Below are positions 28,224 to 38,879 of a DNA stretch of 64,000 nucleotides, piece after piece. The translations under genes and the position numbers were made by a program. The stretch is from assembly GCA_963737155.1 (NCBI GenBank), contig CAVTRN010000001.1:992001-1056000 (forward strand), written 5' to 3'. Position 1 is the stretch's first letter; each line of letters starts with the position of its first letter. The DNA comes from Nitrospirota bacterium. GTDB taxonomy: Bacteria; Nitrospirota; UBA9217. The notes below the pieces were generated by a model that ran no database searches, had not been told where the DNA came from, and saw only the letters and a program-made list of their open reading frames with translations.

Positions 28224-29054
28224 ATGACGGACAAAAAAAATCTCATTCGGAGACTTTCCCTGGCCGCATACTTTGTGGCGGCGTTTCTGGTTTTCCTGCT
28301 TCTGCTCTTTCCCTTTGACCGCGTAACGGAAAACCTGGTGGGCCAGGTCCGTCAGCGAACCGCTCTCGAACTGACCGTGTCCCGCATCTCACCGCTGTTC
28401 TTTAACAGCGTCATGCTGACCGATGTGGTTCTCGCTGATCAGAAAGGCAAAGTTCTGTTCGGGAGTCCCTCCATCAGGACCTCGGTATCGCTCTTCAGCC
28501 TGCTTCGCGGAGTTCTCTCCCTGGACATAAAAGCTAAAGCCTATGGTGGGGTTCTCCTAGTCAAAGCGCAGCAGGGGGCCGGCCAACAGAAAGTTCTGAT
28601 CGACGCGGACGGTCTGGATATCGCAACTTACCACCCGTTGAAGGATTTCGGCTTGAACCTTTCCGGAAAGCTAGGTGGTAACGTGGAGATGAGCGACGAT
28701 GCGGGAAAAGGGCGGTTGTGGCTCAAGGGACTGACGTCCCGTGCGCTTACGATAAAGGGTTTTCCCATTCCCGATCTTGATTTCGACCAGTGCTGGTTCG
28801 AAGCAGACATCAAAGGGGACAGGCTGACGATCAAAAAGCTGGAACTCGACGGCAAGGAACTCAAAGTCCAGTGTCTCGGCGATGTTGTGCTCCGCGAGCG
28901 CGGCACGCTTAACCTGACCATAAAGCTGAAGCCGTCAGAGCGCCTGGCCCAGCAGCAGCCAGCGATATTTTCCCTGCTCAAGCACAAGGATGCCAACGGA
29001 TATTACCAGTTCAGCCTCGGCGGCACGCTGGCTGACCCACTGCCGAGACTGTAA
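28224..29054 (+). CDS. gspN: Type II secretion protein N
   Basis: TM ending FPFD, beta-rich body, C-terminal LGGTLADP. Confidence 0.82.
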   Translation: MTDKKNLIRRLSLAAYFVAAFLVFLLLLFPFDRVTENLVGQVRQRTALELTVSRISPLFFNSVMLTDVVLADQKGKVLFGSPSIRTSVSLFSLLRGVLSLDIKAKAYGGVLLVKAQQGAGQQKVLIDADGLDIATYHPLKDFGLNLSGKLGGNVEMSDDAGKGRLWLKGLTSRALTIKGFPIPDLDFDQCWFEADIKGDRLTIKKLELDGKELKVQCLGDVVLRERGTLNLTIKLKPSERLAQQQPAIFSLLKHKDANGYYQFSLGGTLADPLPRL

Positions 29055-29196
29055 GATAGGATAAAGCGCAAGGATTCCAATAAGCGCTACACCCTAAACG
29101 CTGAGTCAAACGAAATGGTTTTAAAAGTAAATGCCATCTTTCTACGATACCAGTTTAGCTTGTAATTCCTTGTAACATACTACAGGTGCCTTTTAT

Positions 29197-29291
29197 ATGA
29201 ATATCACCTTATAGAGGTAGGGGCATGAGAAACCTGCAGTTTCTCATGCCCTTACCCTTGCTTCCTCGCAGCTTGCTGCGTGGGGATTCAT
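29197..29291. repeat. Palindrome-rich ~95-bp element, possibly a non-autonomous IS200/IS605 derivative
   Basis: ATGAAT...ATTCAT ends, 18-bp stem 29216-29256, second hairpin CGCAGC-TT-GCTGCG shared with position 1-30. Confidence 0.55.
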
Positions 29292-29425
29292 TTAAACACC
29301 TCTTCCGGCTACTGGACGTTATCTGCCTCTGATCGGTTTTTCACTCTTACCTGTATTCGTATCATCATTCAACTCGCTATTCACTTTTATGCACCCTTCA
29401 GCAATCTGCGCCATACCGCGCAAAA

Positions 29426-29574
29426 TGCTCATTTTATGTGCGTCTGATTAAAAGAAAGTCTCGCATTATGGCGGTTAAGGTCCCCGGATCATGCCAATCC
29501 CGTGTTAACATCAGCGTAAAATCAATATTTTACGGTAAAATAACTGGCAATACGCTGTTGGCATGAGCATTGCT
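29426..29574 (+). promoter_or_regulatory. sigma54 promoter with upstream tandem NtrC-like sites (porin-permease unit)
   Basis: TGGCATGAGCATTGCT (GG-N10-GC) at 29559; TGCTC-N7-GTGCG at 29426. Confidence 0.8.
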
Positions 29575-29700
29575 AATTAGTTAACCATGTCAATTATATA
29601 AATGCAGCTGTACGAAAGCTCCGCAGGCTTTCTAAAACTAGTGCTCATCACAGTCGCGGACATCAGGAATACATATCACATTATTTTAAAGGAGGAGAAG

Positions 29701-30900
29701 ATGAAAAAAGTTATGAGCTTTATGTGCTCCGCACTGATTGCGGGCACAGCGGTATTTGTAGCACCGGTTTTCGCGGATGACGCAAAGCCGGCAGGTTTGA
29801 ACCCGGTAGATGTGAAGAACGCGCTGGGCATGAGCATCTATCTGCAAGGTGGTTATACCATCAACGAGAATGCAAGCGGTCCGGCAGGAGGAGCGGGTTT
29901 TAATGACCTGCGGGGATTTGATCAGCAAGCGAACAGCTTCAATCTTGATATGGCGGAAGTCGTGTTTTCCAAGGATCCTGCGGCAGGCCTAATCGGGTAC
30001 CATGTGAAGATTATGACCGGAGAAACAGCGAAGCTGATGAATGCGGCGGGAGTGGGAGATGCAGGCCCTGGTGCAACGGGTGCTATAGACTTAACCGAAG
30101 CATACATGAGCTACACTGCACCGGTTGGCAAGGGGCTGCGGTTCGATATCGGGAAGATGGTCACTTTCGTAGGCGCCGAAGTAATTGAGGCGATCGACAA
30201 TCCTAATTATTCCCGGTCATTGCTGTTTACCTGGGCGGAACCCCTTACCCATACCGGCGTGAAGGCGAGCTATGTGTTCAACGATAACGTAAATGCAGCG
30301 GTGTTCCTGGTGAACGGCTGGGACAATGCCTCGGACAACAACATCGGTAAGACGGTCGGCTTGAGCGTCAATCTTGCGGACGGCGATCCACTCTCGGCGT
30401 CTATCAATTATCTCCAGGGCCCGGAAACGACGAACGATAATCATGACAATCGCACCCTGCTCGACCTTGTAGCTACGATCAAACCGATAAAGCCTTTGTC
30501 AATCATTCTGAATTACGACAATGTCACACAAGACAATACCGGCGCTGTAGCGTTGGCACAGACCGGTTTCCCGGGCTCGGTGAGATTGTCCGGTTTTTCT
30601 GGCATCATAAAGTACGATATCAATGACACCTACAGCATCTCGGTTCGTGGTGAGTCCGTTAACGATGGTGATGGTTACATTGGTTACATTGATGAAGCTC
30701 CCGGTACGCCCGGTATGCTGGGTACGCCGGGTACGCCGCAGGAATTGACCGAATTCACGTTGACTCCGGAGATCCGTCTGGGCGGCGGTTTAATTGTGAG
30801 GCCTGAGTATCGTCATGATGCGTCGAACAAAGAAACGTTTGACAACAGCACAAAGAAATCACAGGATACTTACACGCTCGCTGCAATGTATCGGTGGTAG
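29701..30900 (+). CDS. Outer-membrane beta-barrel porin (BBP2/OmpL-like)
   Basis: Signal peptide, EAY..Y, GKMVTFVGAEVIE, NYSRS, RPEYRHD, C-terminal YRW; RBS GGAGG. Confidence 0.85.
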   Translation: MKKVMSFMCSALIAGTAVFVAPVFADDAKPAGLNPVDVKNALGMSIYLQGGYTINENASGPAGGAGFNDLRGFDQQANSFNLDMAEVVFSKDPAAGLIGYHVKIMTGETAKLMNAAGVGDAGPGATGAIDLTEAYMSYTAPVGKGLRFDIGKMVTFVGAEVIEAIDNPNYSRSLLFTWAEPLTHTGVKASYVFNDNVNAAVFLVNGWDNASDNNIGKTVGLSVNLADGDPLSASINYLQGPETTNDNHDNRTLLDLVATIKPIKPLSIILNYDNVTQDNTGAVALAQTGFPGSVRLSGFSGIIKYDINDTYSISVRGESVNDGDGYIGYIDEAPGTPGMLGTPGTPQELTEFTLTPEIRLGGGLIVRPEYRHDASNKETFDNSTKKSQDTYTLAAMYRW

Positions 30901-30969
30901 GGATTTGTTCAGAATCTGACATTATAAATGCTCAATAAAAGGTACCTGACCTTAAACAAGGAGAATATT

Positions 30970-32868
30970 ATGGCTAACGAACAGCAACCTATAACGAGAG
31001 GAACGCTCGGGTTGACGGGCCTTACGATGAACGCAATGGCGCTGATCGCTCCCGGCGCGTTCCTGTGGCTGACCTTCCAAATGCAATCGCTTTACGGCGC
31101 GCCGATGGCGGGCATATCCATGTGGGCAGGCATTTTCTTCGCCCTGCTCCTGTGCTTCGCCACAGCCATCAGCTATGCTGAACTGGCAAAACTCTATCCG
31201 GGCCCCGGTTCGTCCTATCTGTACGCTGAGCAGGCGTACCTTTCAAAGACGCACGCATACAAGTTCGCCCGGGTCGCCAAGTTTATTACGGGCTGGGCAA
31301 GCCACCTTTACTATTGGGTGTATCCTGGGGTGATGGTTGGCGTGACGGCAATCCTGGGCGGCTATCTGGTGAGCATTTTTTTCCCGGACACTTTCAGCGG
31401 CACGTATAACAGCCCGCTGTTCATGATCCTTTTCTCCGTCGTGTTTGCTCTCGGCGTGGCCTATATTGCCTACCGGGGTGTGACCGGAACCACGGCCGTT
31501 AACATTGTGATCAATATCATCCAGATCTCAGCTCTCCTCATCTTCTCCGTGATCGCGATCGGCTATCGGGTCCAGCATCCGCAGGGCTCGACCGGGCTCC
31601 ATTTGTCCAATGGCGTGGCGGTGAACTATCAGGTTGCGCAGGTTATGCAGAAAGACGACAAAGGCAATCCTGTGCCGGTGATGGACGCCAACGGTAAACC
31701 GTCCATGGACAAGGACAATAAACCGGTCTATCAGATGGTGGATGCGCAGGACAAAGATGGCAATCCCGTGCCGGCTGACAAGGACGGTAAGGCCGTGACC
31801 GATCTGAAGCTTGCTGCTCCATTTACGGTAGACTATACCGAAGGAGCGATCACGAAGGATGACAAGGGGAACCTGACGTTTAACTATCACAAGGACGCAA
31901 AATCCGTCATCGGTCTGCACGGATTCAACTTCGTCTTCATTCAGGCTGCGATCGCGATTCTGATCCTGGTCGGTTTCGAATCCATTACCTCTATGGCGCA
32001 TGAGGCGAAGAACCCGAGAAAGGATGTTCCTCGCGCTGTGCTTCTGTCTCTCGCGATCCAGGGTGCTGTTTGCTACCTCATCGAGTATTTTGCAGCGAAT
32101 TATATGCTGCATAATGGCTACACGATATCGATGGCCGGCGCTTCCGGCGCGCCGCTCGGCGATATGATGGTTCTCGCCGGTACGTGGCTCTTCGGAAGCT
32201 ACGCAGCAGGCAAAACGTTCATGCTGGTACAAGCCTTCACAGTGTTCCTGGCACTTATCGGCACCACGCTCTCGTGCCTTTCAACCGGTGCCCGCGTTAC
32301 GTACGCCATGGGTCGGGACGAGGAAGTGCCCTCGCATTTCGGCATGTTGCATGGCAAGCACGCATCTCCTCATCGCGCGATTTGGGTCCTAGCCGTGATT
32401 TCGGCGATCATCGGGATCATCACGGTGAGCATGTATCTCGGCGGCACCACGCCGGCGCCGCTCGACAAACATAATGTCTGGTACAGTTTCGGCATCTTCG
32501 ATCCAGCGACCTATGCGGCGATGCCCAACACGCTACTTATCGTGACCCTTGTCAGCAACTTCGGCACGTTCCTTTTGTACATGATCACCTGCTGGATCGC
32601 GATGGTGGCATTCAAGGAGCACCACAGCTTTAACGGGCTTAAGCACATGGTTATTCCCATTCTCGGGTTGCTGGCGAACCTGGTGATCATGATCTTCTAC
32701 CTGGTTGGGCCGTTCACGGTAGCGGGCATGAGCTGGAAGGAGCCGTACATCGCTCTCGGCGTCTGCGCTATATGGGGTATCTACGGGGCAGTCTACTTCC
32801 TCAGGTCCAGCAAGGCCAAAGGCAAGGAAGTCTTGCTCACGAGTAAACCGGTGCAATCGCACTCGTAG
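30970..32868 (+). CDS. APC-family amino acid/polyamine permease with a large loop insertion
   Basis: IAPGA in TM1, SYAELA..YP..GSSY, GFE..AHEAKNP, about 12 TM helices. Confidence 0.9.
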   Translation: MANEQQPITRGTLGLTGLTMNAMALIAPGAFLWLTFQMQSLYGAPMAGISMWAGIFFALLLCFATAISYAELAKLYPGPGSSYLYAEQAYLSKTHAYKFARVAKFITGWASHLYYWVYPGVMVGVTAILGGYLVSIFFPDTFSGTYNSPLFMILFSVVFALGVAYIAYRGVTGTTAVNIVINIIQISALLIFSVIAIGYRVQHPQGSTGLHLSNGVAVNYQVAQVMQKDDKGNPVPVMDANGKPSMDKDNKPVYQMVDAQDKDGNPVPADKDGKAVTDLKLAAPFTVDYTEGAITKDDKGNLTFNYHKDAKSVIGLHGFNFVFIQAAIAILILVGFESITSMAHEAKNPRKDVPRAVLLSLAIQGAVCYLIEYFAANYMLHNGYTISMAGASGAPLGDMMVLAGTWLFGSYAAGKTFMLVQAFTVFLALIGTTLSCLSTGARVTYAMGRDEEVPSHFGMLHGKHASPHRAIWVLAVISAIIGIITVSMYLGGTTPAPLDKHNVWYSFGIFDPATYAAMPNTLLIVTLVSNFGTFLLYMITCWIAMVAFKEHHSFNGLKHMVIPILGLLANLVIMIFYLVGPFTVAGMSWKEPYIALGVCAIWGIYGAVYFLRSSKAKGKEVLLTSKPVQSHS

Positions 32869-32895
32869 CCGAAACATCTCAACAAATGCAAGCCG

Positions 32896-32930
32896 GGACG
32901 GTCATCCGCATGGGTGGCCGTCCTTTTTTT
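32896..32930 (+). terminator. Rho-independent terminator after the permease
   Basis: GGACGGTCATCC/GGGTGGCCGTCC stem followed by T7. Confidence 0.8.
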
Positions 32931-32942
32931 CAAACCGCAGAC

Positions 32943-32971
32943 TTCCAATTTCTCGATGAAAATGTTAAAGT
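32943..32971 (+). promoter_or_regulatory. Extended -10 promoter of the kinase/phosphatase gene, leaderless configuration
   Basis: TTCCAA-17 bp-TAAAGT with upstream TG; ATG 6 nt later; no SD. Confidence 0.5.
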
Positions 32972-32977
32972 GATTTT

Positions 32978-34777
32978 ATGGAACTGACATACGCTGAGCT
33001 TTCATCACCCGGTCCGGCACGCGAGAACAACGAGGACTTCGTCGGCTTCTGGCAGCCGGAAAAGCTTGAGGAGAAGCGTGGGCGCGGTGCGGTCGCGCTT
33101 CTGGCTGACGGTGTCGGTGGAATGCAGCGCGGCGAAGTGGCAAGCCGCCTAGCGGTTGAGACTGCTATGAAGACCTTCCAGGAGGCGCCCGGCGAGCAGA
33201 CCGCGCAGCATCTTATCACGCAGATGTTTAACGCGGCCAATGTTGCGGTCTACGACATGGGCCTGGAGAATCAAGGCAAGGCCCGCATGGCGACGACCTT
33301 GGCTGTTGTTGTGCTGCGTAATAACGAGATCACGGTGGGCAACGTGGGAGATTCGCGTGTCTACCTAGTGCGCAAGGCCACAATCAAACAGTTGTCCACG
33401 GATCATACCTACGTCGGCATGCAGCAGAAGTTCGGGCTGATCTCCGAACATGAGGCCAAAACCAGCGAGAACCGCTCAATCCTGACACGAAGTGTGGGGA
33501 ATGAACCTGTAATCCGCGTTGATGTTGAGAATGCCCTGGTGTTCAAAGGCGACAAAGTCGTGCTGTGCTCTGACGGCCTGTACGCGCACGTCGCGGACAG
33601 CGAGATCGCCGATATTGTATCTCGTCTTTCCCCGGCCCAGGCCTGCCGTCAGCTCGTGGCCCTTGCAGAGCAGCGCGGTACTGACGACAATCTCTCAGTG
33701 CAGGTCCTGCAGATCAACGAGGTCGAGAAAGTCGCACTATATCGGGGCATAGCCATGTACCAGGAAACGGCAGACCCCACGACCAGATATGCGCTCCGTT
33801 CTGGACAAATTCTGGACAATCGTTTCCAGATCCTCGAAACCATCTCGCGAAGCGGCATGGGGACCATCTTCAAGGCAACGGACCTGAACACCAAGCTGAC
33901 TGTGGCGATCAAGGTCCCACTCATACAGTATGAGAGCGATCCCGGGTTTTACTCGCGGTTTCAGCGCGAGGAGGAGATTGGTAGCCGCCTGGACCATCCC
34001 TATATTCTGAAATTTTATCCCGTTCCCGATGAGCTTCGCACCCGGCCGTACATCGTTACCGAGTACCTCAGAGGGTATACGCTCTCGCATCTCTTGACCA
34101 GCGTCCGGCCGATACCGGAAAAAGACGCCATCAAACTGGCCAGCCACATATGCGAAGCGCTCGCGTACATGCATGAACAGGGCGTGGTCCATCGGGACTT
34201 GAAGCCCCAGAACATCATGCTCTGCAACGATGGAACGATCCGGATCATGGACTTCGGCATTGCTAAGGCAGAAGGCAGGCGGATGACCTTTGCTGGTTTT
34301 ACGCCGGCAGTGGGTACGCCGGATTATATGGCCCCCGAACAGGTCAAGGGCAAGCGCGGTGATGAACGGACCGACATTTACAGTCTCGGCGCCATGCTTT
34401 ATGAAATGGTTGTGGGTGTGACTCCATTTCAGTGCGAGACCGATAACCCCCTTGTGATCATGAACGCCCGCGTGGACTGCGACCCTCTTGCCCCACGGAA
34501 ACGCAATCCGAAGGTGTCACCGCAGATCGAGGAAATCATTCTTCATGCCATGGAGCGTGACCCCAGGAGGCGTTATCAGTCCGCTGCCGCAATGAAGGCG
34601 GAGTTGGATGATCCGGCTTCCGTGCAACTTACGGGCAGGTGCGACCGGCTCCAGGAACCTACACCTTGGAAGCGCGGGTGGAAGAAAGCATCCTGGATTG
34701 TATTGGCGATATCTGTTTCACTTGGCATTCTTACCCTGTTAATCCTGCTGATTATCCATCGCGGCCCTGCGCACTGA
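32978..34777 (+). CDS. Bifunctional PP2C phosphatase / Hanks-type Ser/Thr kinase with C-terminal TM anchor
   Basis: NED, ADGVGG, VGDSR, LCSDGL, DDN; VAIK, HRDLKPQN, DFG, GTPDYMAPE; terminal hydrophobic helix. Confidence 0.92.
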   Translation: MELTYAELSSPGPARENNEDFVGFWQPEKLEEKRGRGAVALLADGVGGMQRGEVASRLAVETAMKTFQEAPGEQTAQHLITQMFNAANVAVYDMGLENQGKARMATTLAVVVLRNNEITVGNVGDSRVYLVRKATIKQLSTDHTYVGMQQKFGLISEHEAKTSENRSILTRSVGNEPVIRVDVENALVFKGDKVVLCSDGLYAHVADSEIADIVSRLSPAQACRQLVALAEQRGTDDNLSVQVLQINEVEKVALYRGIAMYQETADPTTRYALRSGQILDNRFQILETISRSGMGTIFKATDLNTKLTVAIKVPLIQYESDPGFYSRFQREEEIGSRLDHPYILKFYPVPDELRTRPYIVTEYLRGYTLSHLLTSVRPIPEKDAIKLASHICEALAYMHEQGVVHRDLKPQNIMLCNDGTIRIMDFGIAKAEGRRMTFAGFTPAVGTPDYMAPEQVKGKRGDERTDIYSLGAMLYEMVVGVTPFQCETDNPLVIMNARVDCDPLAPRKRNPKVSPQIEEIILHAMERDPRRRYQSAAAMKAELDDPASVQLTGRCDRLQEPTPWKRGWKKASWIVLAISVSLGILTLLILLIIHRGPAH

Positions 34778-35058
34778 CATCTTAAAGATTTATAAAAAAA
34801 AGGTATAGGAGTATTTCCGCGCCTACCATCCCACCCCGAATCGTCAGATCGGGAACGATCATGTCAAATGGATTTACTGACTTCATCGCTACCTAGTATT
34901 CCGTATACGTTCTTCATCTCGACTGCTGAACTACGAGGCAATCATTGCCAACTGTGGATCGTAGGTCATAAACTGAACCATACGCTCAATTGATCGACTA
35001 GAAAACCCTATAAGTCGGGAAGCTATTGTATATTTGCAAAAAATTATATTTGATTTAG

Positions 35059-35158
35059 GAGCCTGTTGCTCAAACCATTTTTTGTGAAATATGACCATTG
35101 ATTTTATTGAACATATTTTTTACAAAATGATCCAAAAGGCTATTTGTGCAACAGGCTC
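35059..35158. mobile_element. 100-bp MITE
   Basis: 16-bp terminal inverted repeats GAGCCTGTTGC(T/A)CAAA (15/16 match) flanked by TTAG on both sides. Confidence 0.85.
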
Positions 35159-35230
35159 TTAGGTATTAGATAAGGAACAAAGAAGGTATTTCTTATGCAT
35201 TAAAATCTGGGCATTGCTGCCTTTAGCCCA

Positions 35231-35377
35231 TGCCTATTTATTAATCATGCGCCTACAATTTCATCTATAGTGAAAAAAGTGAAAGCCCCGCAGCATGGCG
35301 ATCCTCCATGTTTAGGCAATAAAATTAGGAATTTTTACGATATTTTTGTTCCGGTCAGGCATGGCATGGGCATTGCA
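35231..35377 (+). promoter_or_regulatory. sigma54 promoter with tandem NtrC-like sites (SMR-amt-glnK unit)
   Basis: TGGCATGGGCATTGCA at 35362; TGCCT-N7-AATCA at 35231. Confidence 0.8.
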
Positions 35378-35408
35378 TTTAAATTAAAGTAGATAGCGTT
35401 AGGGAGGG

Positions 35409-35749
35409 TTGACGATGACACTTGCAGCATGGATTGTATTCATTGCCGCGGCATTTCTGGAGGTCGGCGGTGATGCAGTAGTCCGCAAGGGACTTCGCGG
35501 AAGCGGCTTCGTCATCATTATGATCGGTTTCGTCATGTTGGGTTGTTACGGTGTGGTGGTCAACATGGTGAAATGGGATTTTTCGAAAATGCTCGGAGTG
35601 TATGTGGCCGTCTTTGCACTTATCAGCATTTTGTTTGGACGCTTCGTATTCAAGGAAAAAATCCCGGCTGCTACCTGGATAGGGTTGTCCGTAATTTTGT
35701 GCGGCGGAATGATAATACAGTTCGGGGAAATAATAATGATGGATAAACG

Positions 35750-35753
<4 letters not shown>
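35409..35753 (+). CDS. YnfA/SMR-like four-helix membrane protein
   Basis: 114 aa, 4 TM helices, Glu in TM1 (AAFLEVGGD), stop overlaps the amt start. Confidence 0.8.
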
Positions 35754-37371
<1,618 letters not shown>

Positions 37372-37552
37372 GTTTCGTATAATAATACATTATCCTGCTG
37401 AGATAATTGAGAGACAGCATGTGCTGGCAAGATTATACCCGTCAGCCCTCCTTTGCTTTGAACTTGTAAATGGTTGATTTTTTTGTTTTGTACGTGATTC
37501 CGGTTTTCGCCGTTAGAAGTTTTAGAAAAAGACCGGTACTATTTTTACTCCA

Positions 37553-37810
37553 TGCCCAATTATTGATCCAATTTCATCTATAGCAAAAATAAGAAAATAT
37601 TCTACAGTTATGATGACAGAATAAGCTTGAGCAATTAAATTGTCCATTTTGCCGGATAGATGTTCCAAGCGAATGTGACACATGCGTTGCGTATTATATA
37701 AATAGGACTATATTAAGAATTCTGACGATGCCACCTGCCAGCCTGACTTGATATCACTACTATGATTGGCGCTCCGGGGTTGCTAGGGCGTGGTGGTTAA
37801 TAGCTTCAGG
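37553..37810 (+). pseudogene. Decayed duplicate of the 35231 promoter and of the SMR-like gene
   Basis: Shared AATTTCATCTATAG and GCAATwAAATT blocks; -24 box mutated to TGAC; TGACGATG.CAC.TGC and GTGGTGGT.AA match the gene at 35409. Confidence 0.7.
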
Positions 37811-38005
37811 ATATGAAACATGACGAACACACGTAAGCGGTGATTTGAGACGTCGCAAGGATATCCTCCCTGGGCCGGTATGTTCCATTGCATACCGGCC
37901 CATTCTCATAACAGTAACGCTGCTGTTATCATTCAGATTATGACATAGTTGGCGAGTGACGAACGCGTGCAAGGATCAACCGCAAGTTCTTAAGTTATCT
38001 ATCGC

Positions 38006-38370
38006 ATGATTATCATAATGCTGGTTCTGATATTGCTTCTGCCCTTGCTCGTAAAAATAAGAGTAGCAAAATCTTGAACTGTTCCTACTCATCATTGGCA
38101 CTGTCACTCTGCTGCTCTCCCATCTGTTGGGCCCCGCGCCGATTCTGTTATTGCATCTTGTCGAGTCATGTTCATAGAACCTGTAAAACCCGCCGTTACC
38201 CCACAGGCATTCGGATTGGCTTTCCGGGCGATACGAGAGTCACCCAAGAAAAAATCGTTGATTTCGAGACCCAGATCGGACCCGGGTCTTCGCCTTTTTG
38301 CTTATCCTCGTTCTCGGTTTGATTTTAAGCGTGATTACCGCCTTTATAGCGATCTTGATCCTCTATGGGG
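38006..38370 (+). pseudogene. Frameshifted fragment of a DUF1646-like membrane transporter
   Basis: MIIIMLVLILLLPLLVK / QNLELFLLIIG / FIEPVK / LVLGLILSVITAFIAILIL spread over several frames. Confidence 0.55.
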
Positions 38371-38668
38371 ACAATCATCTATGGAGGGCTGTTGAACACG
38401 GACAATCTCCGAAAATCATAGCAGCAAACAAGTTGAAATTAGCAAGCAGTGCTTGGGCAGCGACCGGCGTTCCTTTCGGGCTGTTCGTGATGGCGCCCTA
38501 TTTCTCTATCTGCAGTAATTCCCCTCATTTTAAACTTCTTCGATTGATATACCATCAGGCAATGATATTAAAAAAATAAAGCATCTGTGCCTTTATTGTT
38601 ATGATCAGGCATCTGTCGTGAAGTCCGGGGTACGGCATGTATTAGCATTATGAAATAAGCAGAAATAA

Positions 38669-38829
38669 TGCGCAATATTTAATCATGTGCCTAAAATAGC
38701 ATCTTATCAAGTGGAATGATTAAGCTTAAGATAGCTGCATATTTTGAAAGCAAAAGTAAAATTGTATAATTAAATTAATATATTAACAACTATTTAGCAG
38801 AGCATTAACTTCCTGGCATGTGCCTTGCA
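38669..38829 (+). promoter_or_regulatory. sigma54 promoter with tandem NtrC-like sites (amtB-glnK)
   Basis: TGGCATGTGCCTTGCA at 38814; TGCGC-N7-AATCA-TG-TGCCT at 38669. Confidence 0.82.
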
Positions 38830-38879
38830 ATTAATCATCTGTACAATAAATAAACAAACTGCAAAAAGGAGGATAGATA

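Noticed and set aside
30672-30740. GYI x2 and GTP x3 micro-repeats in the porin
   Set aside because: Short in-frame loop slippage with no evidence of function.
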